Positions 40,395 through 49,605 of a stretch of 64,000 nucleotides of DNA are shown in pieces. A model generated the notes under the pieces. It made no database searches. It was not told where the DNA came from and saw nothing but the letters and a program-made list of their open reading frames with translations. The first letter of the stretch is position 1. The number at the start of each line of letters is the position of its first letter. A program made the position numbers and the translations under genes. Origin of the DNA: Fidelibacterota bacterium. GTDB lineage: Bacteria; Fidelibacterota; UBA2242. The DNA is taken from the NCBI GenBank assembly GCA_049975265.1, contig JBNGDF010000001.1, positions 64,001 to 128,000 on the forward strand, written 5' to 3'.

Positions 40395-42599
40395 CTAGTC
40401 TCCCCAAAAAGATGAAATATAAATACCGGCACCCATTCCACACAGAGGAACAAGACCGGAATAATCCGCCTGATCGGCTGTAAAATATTCCGGAATCAGA
40501 CCATAGTTATAATATGCCTGGGAGCTGACCCAGCTTTTTATCGCCCCGGCTTTGCTAAAATTGGTCATGAATTGGTTCAGGTTGGTGATAAACAGGTCCC
40601 CCGGCACCCATTCATTTTCGGTGGGTCGCTGCCCGGTCGGAAAGCGCCGATATCCATGACTGATTGTCAACTGTTTCTCCATTGCTGCGAGAGTCTCTTT
40701 GCTACTAATATCCTGGGGTGTAAAAACCCACAGCAGCCCGAGAGCGTTGACGGCATCGAGTTTTTTATTATCACATTCCAGGCAGAAATTCACTTCTCCA
40801 TTCTCGTTGACAAAAGCCTCCTCGATGGAATGTCTCAGTGCCATGGCGATCTGCTCATACTGACTGGCGCGGTATTCGTCGTTGACCACCCGAGCCAGCC
40901 AGACGGCGTCCACCAGACCGCGATAGGCAGCGGAGGAGGTGAAAAAATAGTGTTTGGGAGCACCCTGATTGTAGAAACCGTTATCGGCTTTCAGCAGACC
41001 ACCCGATTCGATGTTGTTTATGATAACGTCGGCGATTTCAGAGGAGATTTTTGGCCAGTAATAGTCCAGAAAATGATAATCGTCGGTGGTTTCGATATAT
41101 TTCCGCAGGTTCCATAACAAGATTCCGAAGTTGCCCAGGTAGATGGCGGGACCAAATTCACCCATATCGGTTGCTTCGGAGCCATTGCCATGATAATAAT
41201 TGACCGATACGGCATAGTTTTGACCCAGCCCCCGGTTTTCGCCGGACCAGGAATGGTGCTTAAATGAACCACAGGTGCTGTTCATAATGAATTGCAGTGC
41301 CGCCAGTGCCTCTTCGTAATGGCCGGATTTCAGAAAGGCGTCTATACTAAAACCCATCCCGGCAACCGAAGCTACCGCCATTGAACCCGGTGGAAAGGTG
41401 TGTATGATTTGGCCTCTGGCAGGAAACCGCTCGCGCACCTGTGCCATTTTCAAGAGCGCTAGGGATTGTAAGTAGACCGATTTCTCGGTGTCTGAGATGT
41501 TGTCCGGCACAACCGACCGCTGTTGCCAGCTTTTCCACCAGTTGATTTCCTTGATCAGAGCGGTGAAGCCGGGGTGTTCATTCTTGTACTTTTTCACGGC
41601 GCCGTAGGATTTCGGATGGAGGTTGCGGTCGTAATTGCACACCACGAACAGCCAGATTTTATTGTTCTCCCGGAAAGACCATTTTCCAACATTGACACCC
41701 GGTTTGATGTCGGACAGTTCAAAATTAAAAGCGTAATCGTCAAGAGAATCGCCGCTCAACATAGAGAAGAAGACCCAGAAGGGGTCTCTTGACGATAGGG
41801 GTGAGAAGGCATATTGATCGAGGACGCAATTGCGGTACTGCAGCTTGTGGTGAACGATACCGGTTCCGTTGATATATCCTGCGGATACAGTCTCCATCTC
41901 CGTCAGATCGATTTCACGCCGATTTTTAAACAAAACGGTGCGTGCCGAAGAGACTACCACCGATGTCTTTTCCTGATGATCGTATTGTGAATAGAGATGG
42001 GGTGTAAAACTGGTAAAACAGCGTCTTGTGACATTGTATTTGGAACAGGAGATGCCGTTACTGAAAGGAAGCTCGTACCATGAGCGGTGGGCTTTTGGCG
42101 CCGGAGGGTCTGTTTTTCCGGGCGATTCGATCTCCGTAATCAGGACGGGTTCCTGCCGGAGACCCCCGCCGCCCCAGGTGCTGTCCATTTTTAACGCCAG
42201 CAGATTGATGTTGGCTAAAAGAGTGGTTGAAATTTTGTAAACCGGCTGCCGGCTGGTATCGATGGCTAAATCGACTTTGCGGAGCTGCTGCCCGTTGAGA
42301 AAAACCTGTACACTGTCGTCCGGCACGCCGAGGAACAGATAGATTGTGTCACCCCCAAGATCATTTTTGTCGAAAGGAAAGGTTGTCCGGAACCAGGCGA
42401 CACCACTGTAATTGGCGAAGTCCTGCCCGGTCCACAGCCCGGGCACGGATATAGAATACCAGGCTGAATCGTTATAGTCGGTATCCGCCCATCTGGCATC
42501 ATCACCGATATTAAAACGCCATTCACCGCCCAGGGGAATTTCCGCCCCAAGGAGAGACAATATCCAGAAAATGGAGAAGACAATACGGCTGACTTTCAT
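40395..42599 (-). CDS. Secreted protein: galactose-binding-like N-domain plus GH15-like (alpha/alpha)6 domain
   Basis: Signal peptide; LGGEWRFNIGDD..W..VPG.W..YSGVAWFR; SLALLKMAQ..G.II; YGLIPEY. Confidence 0.65.
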   Translation of the reverse strand: MKVSRIVFSIFWILSLLGAEIPLGGEWRFNIGDDARWADTDYNDSAWYSISVPGLWTGQDFANYSGVAWFRTTFPFDKNDLGGDTIYLFLGVPDDSVQVFLNGQQLRKVDLAIDTSRQPVYKISTTLLANINLLALKMDSTWGGGGLRQEPVLITEIESPGKTDPPAPKAHRSWYELPFSNGISCSKYNVTRRCFTSFTPHLYSQYDHQEKTSVVVSSARTVLFKNRREIDLTEMETVSAGYINGTGIVHHKLQYRNCVLDQYAFSPLSSRDPFWVFFSMLSGDSLDDYAFNFELSDIKPGVNVGKWSFRENNKIWLFVVCNYDRNLHPKSYGAVKKYKNEHPGFTALIKEINWWKSWQQRSVVPDNISDTEKSVYLQSLALLKMAQVRERFPARGQIIHTFPPGSMAVASVAGMGFSIDAFLKSGHYEEALAALQFIMNSTCGSFKHHSWSGENRGLGQNYAVSVNYYHGNGSEATDMGEFGPAIYLGNFGILLWNLRKYIETTDDYHFLDYYWPKISSEIADVIINNIESGGLLKADNGFYNQGAPKHYFFTSSAAYRGLVDAVWLARVVNDEYRASQYEQIAMALRHSIEEAFVNENGEVNFCLECDNKKLDAVNALGLLWVFTPQDISSKETLAAMEKQLTISHGYRRFPTGQRPTENEWVPGDLFITNLNQFMTNFSKAGAIKSWVSSQAYYNYGLIPEYFTADQADYSGLVPLCGMGAGIYISSFWGD

Positions 42600-42644
42600 T
42601 GGGTCAAAGTTACTCGGATTTCCTTTAAACATCAAAAACAGATT

Positions 42645-43337
42645 TTACGATTTCAGAGAGTGACCCTCAAGCTGTAATAAATGTCTTTTCAGTCCGATGC
42701 CGGCACCGAATCCCATAAGTTGACCGTCCTTGCCGAGTACCCGGTGGCAGGGAATGATGAGCGGAACAGGATTTCGATGTAACGCCTGACCCACCGCCCG
42801 TGCGGCACCGGGTCGTCCAAGCCAGCTGGCAATAGCTCCATAACTGACAGTTTCTCCCGGCGGAATCAGCCATGTCCAGAACAGGACCTGATTCATGAAT
42901 GCACTTTTAACGGAGATCAGATGAACGGGAATGCGCCCGAATGGCGTCCCAAAAGTGAAATAATTGGTCAATCGTGACACCAACTCTGTGGAGAAGGGGT
43001 CTTCATCGGGATGCGTCCCGGCAGCCGCCGCACAAGGAAGCGTATTGTGCAGTGCTTTCAGCGAAAAGGCAGCAGCGACCACAGCTGCGTCAGAACAGGC
43101 GACATGAAACGCGGGATTTGAAGCGATGTTGTAAAGACGGACATGTTCCGCCGTCGGGACCGGAGCGAATGTACCGGCTCCGGTGAAGTATTCACTGAGC
43201 CGCACACGGCATTCCGGGCAACTTTTCCAGTGCCGGAAACAGGCGCGCTCTTTCTTTAAAACCAAAGAGCCGTTTAAAATGGCGGCGATTTCATTTTGAT
43301 TCAGATGTTCGTTGTCCCGACCCATCTTTTTCTGCAT
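42645..43337 (-). CDS. ogt: Methylated-DNA--protein-cysteine methyltransferase with N-terminal zf-HC2-like finger
   Basis: IPPGETVSYG, AARAVG, NPVPLIIPCHRV; N-terminal HWKSCPEC. Confidence 0.85.
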   Translation of the reverse strand: MQKKMGRDNEHLNQNEIAAILNGSLVLKKERACFRHWKSCPECRVRLSEYFTGAGTFAPVPTAEHVRLYNIASNPAFHVACSDAAVVAAAFSLKALHNTLPCAAAAGTHPDEDPFSTELVSRLTNYFTFGTPFGRIPVHLISVKSAFMNQVLFWTWLIPPGETVSYGAIASWLGRPGAARAVGQALHRNPVPLIIPCHRVLGKDGQLMGFGAGIGLKRHLLQLEGHSLKS

Positions 43338-43413
43338 GTCTGAAAATACAACAGGAAAAGGTAAATTTGAACGGTTTTATTGATATATTTTCAATATTGT
43401 ACTACTTTGTCGA

Positions 43414-43442
43414 TTGCATAGTGTCTCAGGTTTCGATAGATT
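43414..43442 (+). promoter_or_regulatory. Sigma70-type promoter, predicted leaderless transcript
   Basis: TTGCAT-17 bp-TAGATT ending 6 nt before the ATG at 43449. Confidence 0.5.
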
Positions 43443-43448
43443 TACGTT

Positions 43449-44165
43449 ATGATACGGGAAAAGCAAAAATCAGCTAATCTTCTGCTCGGGTACGATCGCA
43501 AGGTTGTGGAACTCGTCAAAACAGGCGACTTTGAGACTGCCCGCTGGGTGGCGGAAGAATCTTATGAATATTCCCGGGACACGTTTGGTGATCAGCATAT
43601 TGAAACCGCAAAGACCCTGAACAATCTTGCCTGGATTTATGACCTGCTGGATCAGCGTAAGACGGCGGAGAGATTATACTCGCGCTCCCTTGATATTAAA
43701 GCGTCCATTTTTGGTGAAAGCAGCCCTGAATTAATTACCACCCTTGAAAACCTGACGACGCTTTATCTGACCGGTGGAGAATACGAAAAATCGGAAATGC
43801 TGCTCCGGAAATTGATTGGGATCGTCCGGCATCAGCCGGAGCCGCTATGTTTCCGTGAGGCTGTGTACTTAACGCAGTTGGCAGAAATAAAGGCAAAACA
43901 GAACGAATACACCGCCGCAGAACAGTTATATTGGAAGTGCATCGCATTTACCGAACGGAAGATGGCGGCAGACCATCCCAATTTGGGACGTGCCTTCGCC
44001 AATATGGCGGATTTTTACAGCTCTTTGGGTAACTATCAACGGGCTCTGTTTTACTACAAACGAGCCCTTGCTGTCCTCAGGAAATCTCTTTCGGCGAACC
44101 ATCCGGATGTTCAGTCTGTGCGTGAAAAGATCGATCTGCTCGGGTCCAGATTGAGCGGGCGATAA
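43449..44165 (+). CDS. Tetratricopeptide repeat protein (kinesin-light-chain-like TPR)
   Basis: HIETAKTLNNLAWIY, HPNLGRAFANMA, HPDV repeats. Confidence 0.85.
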   Translation: MIREKQKSANLLLGYDRKVVELVKTGDFETARWVAEESYEYSRDTFGDQHIETAKTLNNLAWIYDLLDQRKTAERLYSRSLDIKASIFGESSPELITTLENLTTLYLTGGEYEKSEMLLRKLIGIVRHQPEPLCFREAVYLTQLAEIKAKQNEYTAAEQLYWKCIAFTERKMAADHPNLGRAFANMADFYSSLGNYQRALFYYKRALAVLRKSLSANHPDVQSVREKIDLLGSRLSGR

Positions 44166-44208
44166 GTAACGAATTGCGGAATCGGGTATTCTGGGTAATT
44201 GAACTGGT

Positions 44209-45144
44209 ATGTATATTCTCTATTTTCTAGCCGGCTTTGTACTGCTTTACTATGGTGCGAATTTTTTGGTCCGGGGCAGTTCTTCCATTGCGGTCTCTTT
44301 TGGTGTTAAAAAAATTGTGGTTGGTCTGACGATCGTTGCCCTCGGGACGTCAATGCCTGAATTTGTGGTCAGCCTGTTTGCGGCGGTGGAGAATGTTCAC
44401 GGTGTCAGTGTAGGAAACATTGTTGGCAGTAATCTGGCCAACATACTTCTGGTGCTGGGTCTGGCGTCGGTAATTAGACCCATTGCCGCCAAGCGGCGAA
44501 TTTTTATACTGGAGCTGCCGGTACTATTGATCATTACGCTGCTGTTTGTGGTTTTTTGTATGGACGGATTACTGAGGGGCTTTGAAGGCGCGATCATGAT
44601 TGTGTTATTTCTTGTCTATATGATATTTATCATCGCCAATCGGAAGGTTCGTGAAGGAGCGGATGTAGAATTGGTTCCCATGGAAAATGGGCATTTACTG
44701 AAGAATATGCTGTACTCGATTTTCGGGATCGGCGGACTTGTCATCGGTGGTCAATTGACGGTCCGGGGTGCGATCGGACTGGCGCGGGCCTTTGGCATTT
44801 CTGAAGTGGTGATCGGCCTGACCGTTGTAGCGATTGGGACCTCGCTGCCGGAGTTGTTTACCAGTGTTTTGGCAGTGATTAAAGGGGAGGATGAAATTTC
44901 CATCGGTAATATCATCGGCAGCAATCTGTTTAACACCGCATTTGTGCTGGGTGTTGTGCCGATGATTCGTCCGCTGGGGATTTATCCCGGCGTGATTCGT
45001 TTTGAAAATGTTCTGATGCTGTTCGTGACGGTGCTGTTTTCGGTGTTTTTATTTGTCGGGCGACGTCTCTCTCGTCTTGAGGGACTCATTTTGTTATTCA
45101 TCTACGGTCTCTTCATATTGAACATTATGTTCAAATTCATTTGA
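44209..45144 (+). CDS. Calcium/sodium antiporter (CaCA, YrbG family)
   Basis: Duplicated GLTIVALGTSMPE / GLTVVAIGTSLPE and GNIVGSN / GNIIGSN. Confidence 0.95.
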   Translation: MYILYFLAGFVLLYYGANFLVRGSSSIAVSFGVKKIVVGLTIVALGTSMPEFVVSLFAAVENVHGVSVGNIVGSNLANILLVLGLASVIRPIAAKRRIFILELPVLLIITLLFVVFCMDGLLRGFEGAIMIVLFLVYMIFIIANRKVREGADVELVPMENGHLLKNMLYSIFGIGGLVIGGQLTVRGAIGLARAFGISEVVIGLTVVAIGTSLPELFTSVLAVIKGEDEISIGNIIGSNLFNTAFVLGVVPMIRPLGIYPGVIRFENVLMLFVTVLFSVFLFVGRRLSRLEGLILLFIYGLFILNIMFKFI

Positions 45145-45236
45145 TTGAGGGAACAAAATCTTTTCACATAAATCGGGTTGATCGGCGGAAAGTAGTGATA
45201 TGAACGAAAAAATTTCTTTTCAAAAGGTTTTGTAGA

Positions 45237-46361
45237 ATGGCGAAGGTGGTTGTGTTAGGCGCCGGAATGGTAGGGCGGGCGATTGCCCTGGATATGAGAC
45301 GGCGCGCGAATGTCACGGTTGTGGACATTAGAAATGAAAATCTCGATAGACTTAGAGGGGTATCGGATATATCGTTAGTACAGGCAGATTTGACCCTGGA
45401 GAAAGAGGTTGCCGGGATCCTCACCGGTGCCGATCTGGTCATTTCGGCGGTCCCCGGAGCCATGGGCTTCGAAACGCTGAAGCGGATTATCGTGGCAGGC
45501 AGGAATGTGGTGGATATTTCCTTTTTCCCGGAAGATGCTTTTGAACTGGATCAATTTGCCCGTGCGAAAAACGTGACCGCAGTGGTGGATTGCGGTGTTG
45601 CTCCAGGTCTGAGCAATCTCCTTTTGGGGTATTACAATCGGCGGATGGAGGTAAGCGATTTTGTATGTTATGTCGGAGGTCTGCCGGTGGAACGGCGGTT
45701 GCCCTTCGAATACAAAGCGCCATTCTCGCCGGCGGATGTCATTGAGGAGTACCTTCGCCCCGCCCGGTTTGTTAGAAACGGGCAGGTGATCGTTAAGGAG
45801 GCACTTACCGATCCGGAATGGATTGATGTTGGTGGAGTCGGGACCCTTGAGGCGTTTAATACGGACGGATTGCGGAGCCTGCTGCGAACGATGAAGGTGC
45901 CCAATATGCTGGAGAAAACTCTGCGATATCCCGGACATATTGAAAAGATTCAGCTGTTGAAGCGGCTTGGATTTTTTTCAGATAAAGAGATTGGTATAAA
46001 CGGAAAAAAAGTTGTTCCGTTGGCGCTGACGTCGCAACTGTTGTTCCGGGAGTGGCAACTGCAGCCGGAGGAGGCGGAACTGACGATTATGCGGATTGTG
46101 ATCCGTGGGCGCTCGGAGAATTGGGATAAAACAGTGACGTTTAATCTGTTGGACCGGTATGATCCGGTGACGGGTCAGTCCTCCATGGCGCGCACCACCG
46201 GCTATACCTGTACCGCTGTCGCCAATCTGATGCTTGATGGTCAAGTCCGGCAAGCTGGGATTTGTCCGCCGGAATTTATCGGTGAAGATGCCGCAAATAT
46301 GAGGTTTATTTTGGACTACTTAAACGCGCGCAATATTCAATTTGTAACGACAGAAGGTTGA
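45237..46361 (+). CDS. Saccharopine dehydrogenase / lysine 6-dehydrogenase family protein
   Basis: GAGMVG, DCGVAPGLSN, VGGLP, EAFNTDGLRSL, KTLRYPGH, MARTTG. Confidence 0.9.
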   Translation: MAKVVVLGAGMVGRAIALDMRRRANVTVVDIRNENLDRLRGVSDISLVQADLTLEKEVAGILTGADLVISAVPGAMGFETLKRIIVAGRNVVDISFFPEDAFELDQFARAKNVTAVVDCGVAPGLSNLLLGYYNRRMEVSDFVCYVGGLPVERRLPFEYKAPFSPADVIEEYLRPARFVRNGQVIVKEALTDPEWIDVGGVGTLEAFNTDGLRSLLRTMKVPNMLEKTLRYPGHIEKIQLLKRLGFFSDKEIGINGKKVVPLALTSQLLFREWQLQPEEAELTIMRIVIRGRSENWDKTVTFNLLDRYDPVTGQSSMARTTGYTCTAVANLMLDGQVRQAGICPPEFIGEDAANMRFILDYLNARNIQFVTTEG

Positions 46362-46367
46362 GATATT

Positions 46368-46937
46368 ATGGATCGGGAAAAAGCCTGGAATTTGTTGACG
46401 CAATACACCAAGACAGAGAGTCTGATTCGCCACGCTTTGGCTGTCGAAGCGGCGATGCGCCATTATGCCCGCTATTTTCATGAAGATGAAGAATATTGGG
46501 GGATCACCGGACTTCTGCATGATTTTGATTACGAAGCCTATCCGGATGAGCAGAATCATCCGTACCGCGGAAATGAAATCCTGGAAAAAGAGGGCTACCC
46601 GGAAGAGCTGCGCCGGGCGATCATGGGACATGCCAGTTACACCGGAGTGCCCCGGGATACTCTTTTGGCGAAAACCCTTTTCGCTGTGGATGAGTTGGCT
46701 GGTTTTATAATGGCTGTTGCCCTGGTGCGACCGTCGAAAAGCATCCATGACGTCAAACCGAAGTCGGTGAAGAAAAAATTTAAAACCCGCACATTTGCTG
46801 CTAAAGTGAATCGCGAGGAAATAGCGCAGGGAATCGCCGGGCTGGGGGTGGATGAGACCGAGCACATTCAGAGGGTGATTGAGGCACTGAGAACGGTGGC
46901 TGCCGATATCGGACTGGAGGGCGAATCACCGGTTTAA
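46368..46937 (+). CDS. HDIG/HD-domain phosphohydrolase
   Basis: HALAVEA, GLLHDFDYE, LFAVDELAG, RPSK, FAAKVNRE. Confidence 0.9.
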   Translation: MDREKAWNLLTQYTKTESLIRHALAVEAAMRHYARYFHEDEEYWGITGLLHDFDYEAYPDEQNHPYRGNEILEKEGYPEELRRAIMGHASYTGVPRDTLLAKTLFAVDELAGFIMAVALVRPSKSIHDVKPKSVKKKFKTRTFAAKVNREEIAQGIAGLGVDETEHIQRVIEALRTVAADIGLEGESPV

Positions 46938-46946
46938 ACATTCAAT

Positions 46947-47055
46947 TTGATAAACACAATTTTTTTAACTAATATTCGCCAGGTAATACCCCGCTCGATG
47001 TCGAAGCGGGAAAACGAGCGGGTGATCATAAAATTTTCTCTAGTTAGGAGAGAAA
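46947..47055 (+). promoter_or_regulatory. Promoter and structured 5' leader of the radical SAM-rng operon
   Basis: TTGATA-17-TAATAT (46947-46975); CCCGCTCG can pair with AGCGGG or CGAGCGGG; TTTCTCT/AGAGAAA hairpin overlaps the AGGAG SD. Confidence 0.5.
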
Positions 47056-49587
47056 CTGGTTTTAGAAAAGCAGGCTGAGAACTGCTACTCATTTATTGAG
47101 CATGAAATCCTTCCGACGGTAGAAAAACCCGGTCGGTATACCGGCGGTGAGATAAATGCGTATCGCAAAGAGTTCAACAAAGATAAGGCAAGTATTGCGC
47201 TAATCTATCCCGATCTGTATGACGTGGGTATGTCGTATTACGGATTTCAGATTCTTTATCATCTGTTGAATCGGGAAAGTGATGTCATTGCCGACCGGGC
47301 TTATGCCCCTTGGGTGGATTTTGAAGAGAAATTACGGAAAAATTGTCTGGCGCTTTACGGGTTGGAGTCAAAGGTACCGCTGAAATCTTTTGACGTGCTG
47401 GGATTCACACTTCCCTACGAGATGACCTTTACGAATGTGCTGAACATTCTCGATCTGGCACAGGTTCCTGTGCAATCGTCTCTGCGCTCAGATAGCGATC
47501 CGATAGTCATCGCCGGGGGCAGCGGCGCCTACAACCCGGAGCCGCTGGCAGATTTTATCGATCTGTTCGTGCTCGGAGACGGTGAAGAGCTGGCGGTTCC
47601 GCTGCTGCGTTTTTTAACCGGTCGGAGGCGGATGGGTTTCGCCCGGGATGAAACAATGCGGGCGGCGGTCTTGAAATTTTCCGGGCTGTATTATCCCCAC
47701 GCCTACTGGCGAGAGAAGACCCCCGGGGTAAATTTTGGTTTGCCCGTCTCCGACGATCCTGCTATTCCGCAAAGAATAACCGCCCGGAGAATACCTGCCC
47801 TCCGTTCCGAATATTTTCCTGTAAAACCACTGATTCCGGTGGTGGAAATTGCACAGGATCGTCTGGTCACCGAGATTATGCGGGGCTGCACTCAGGGCTG
47901 TCGATTTTGCCAGGCGGGAATGATCTATCGCCCGGTGCGGGAACGAAAACTGCAGGCTCTGCAGCAGCAAATTGAGGCATCGCTGCAGCAGACCGGCTAT
48001 GATGGTGTTTCCCTGCTGTCGTTATCATCATCCGATTACAGTCAGATTGAGGGTCTGGTAGCGGAACTGGCGGAGCTACTGGAAAATGAGCGCATCTCCC
48101 TGTCGCTCCCCTCTTTGCGGTTGGACAGTTTCTCCAGATCTTTGGCGGTGGTTGCCAGAATTACGCGGAAATCCGGTCTGACCTTCGCACCGGAAGCCGG
48201 TTCGGAATATCTGCGCCGGGTGATCAATAAGAGTGTGACGGAAGAGGATTTGATTCAATCCGTAAAGTTGGCAATTCAGTACGGCTGGCGGCTGGTAAAG
48301 CTCTATTTCATGCTGGGATTGCCGCTGGAACGGGATAGCGATATTGATGAGATCGTCCGATTAACCAGGCTTGTTTATGAACAGGGAAACCGGCGCCTCT
48401 CCATTAATATTACGCTATCGACATTTATTCCCAAGCCCTTTACCCCTTTTCAGTGGGAGGCACAGGATTCGCCGGAGAAGATTCAGCGGAAAATTGACCG
48501 TATCAAACAGGGTCTGGCGCCCTTTAAAAGGATCAAAATCATGGTGCGTGACCCATTTTATTCTCTGCTGGAGGGTGCCATTTCGCGAGGAGATTGCCGG
48601 ATGACTCAGGTTATTTACCGTGCCTGGGAAAAGGGTGCGAAATTCGACTCATGGCGGGAGTTATTCAAACCCTCTGTTTGGATGGAGGCTTTTCGGGAGC
48701 AGGGGTTGGAGCCGGCGGATTTTACGGGACGCCGGTCGGTCGACGAAGCGCTGCCGTGGGATATCATCGATGCCCGGGTGACCAGGCAATTTCTGGCAAA
48801 CGAATGTGCAAAAGCCTATCGGGCAGAAACCTCTCCTGACTGTCGGAACGGATGTATCGACTGTGGGGTCTGTGACTTCAAATCCTTGTTGATGAAATTG
48901 GCGCCGGAGGAAGAGGTCCCGCCGGTCAGGACCCCGGGTAAACGGGATGATTTGGAGCAGAAGCAGACCAACCTGCGACACCGCATAAATTATTATAAGC
49001 AGGGACCTGCCCGTTTCATCGCCCACCTGGATACACTGCGCATGTTTCGACAGGCTTTTCGACGGGTCGGCTGGAGGCTGGCGTATACCGAAGGATTCAA
49101 TCGCCGTCCGAAAATAGCAGCCGGCTTTCCTTTGCCGCTGGGCTACGCTTCTGATGATGAGTATCTGGATGTTACAGCGCCGGACGGGCTGAATATTTCG
49201 GTGACAGAGATCAATCAGGCTCTCCCGGAAGGGATCGGAGTCAAGTCATTGAATGTTGTTTCAAAAGGGCGTTCCATTTTTGCTGCCACCACCGGTTTTG
49301 TGTACGAGCTGCGCTTTTTCAAAGCACTGCCGGAGGTGATCGATTTCTCTATTCAACAGCTGCTGGAGGGCGAAGAGATTAACATCGAAAGACGGCGGCG
49401 GCAAGATGTACGTTGCATAAATGTTCGTCCCTTTATTGACACTATTACCCGCGTAGATTTGCGGCAGTTGCGGATATCCACCCGGGTGATTGACGGTCGA
49501 ACGGTGCGACCGGAGGAGTTATTGCCGGAATTGTCAATATTTCAGAGACCGGTGATTTGCCGGTCGAAAACCTATTTGGAAAATTAA
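47056..49587 (+). CDS. TIGR03960-type B12-binding radical SAM protein fused to a TIGR03936/DUF2344 domain (proposed CTG start)
   Basis: ILPTVEKPGRYTGGE, YPDLYDVGMS, RGCTQGCRFCQAG, PKPFTPFQW; C-terminal RFIAHLD..YTEGFNRRPK. Confidence 0.92.
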   Translation: MVLEKQAENCYSFIEHEILPTVEKPGRYTGGEINAYRKEFNKDKASIALIYPDLYDVGMSYYGFQILYHLLNRESDVIADRAYAPWVDFEEKLRKNCLALYGLESKVPLKSFDVLGFTLPYEMTFTNVLNILDLAQVPVQSSLRSDSDPIVIAGGSGAYNPEPLADFIDLFVLGDGEELAVPLLRFLTGRRRMGFARDETMRAAVLKFSGLYYPHAYWREKTPGVNFGLPVSDDPAIPQRITARRIPALRSEYFPVKPLIPVVEIAQDRLVTEIMRGCTQGCRFCQAGMIYRPVRERKLQALQQQIEASLQQTGYDGVSLLSLSSSDYSQIEGLVAELAELLENERISLSLPSLRLDSFSRSLAVVARITRKSGLTFAPEAGSEYLRRVINKSVTEEDLIQSVKLAIQYGWRLVKLYFMLGLPLERDSDIDEIVRLTRLVYEQGNRRLSINITLSTFIPKPFTPFQWEAQDSPEKIQRKIDRIKQGLAPFKRIKIMVRDPFYSLLEGAISRGDCRMTQVIYRAWEKGAKFDSWRELFKPSVWMEAFREQGLEPADFTGRRSVDEALPWDIIDARVTRQFLANECAKAYRAETSPDCRNGCIDCGVCDFKSLLMKLAPEEEVPPVRTPGKRDDLEQKQTNLRHRINYYKQGPARFIAHLDTLRMFRQAFRRVGWRLAYTEGFNRRPKIAAGFPLPLGYASDDEYLDVTAPDGLNISVTEINQALPEGIGVKSLNVVSKGRSIFAATTGFVYELRFFKALPEVIDFSIQQLLEGEEINIERRRRQDVRCINVRPFIDTITRVDLRQLRISTRVIDGRTVRPEELLPELSIFQRPVICRSKTYLEN

Positions 49588-49605
49588 AAACAGGTAAAAT
49601 GGATT

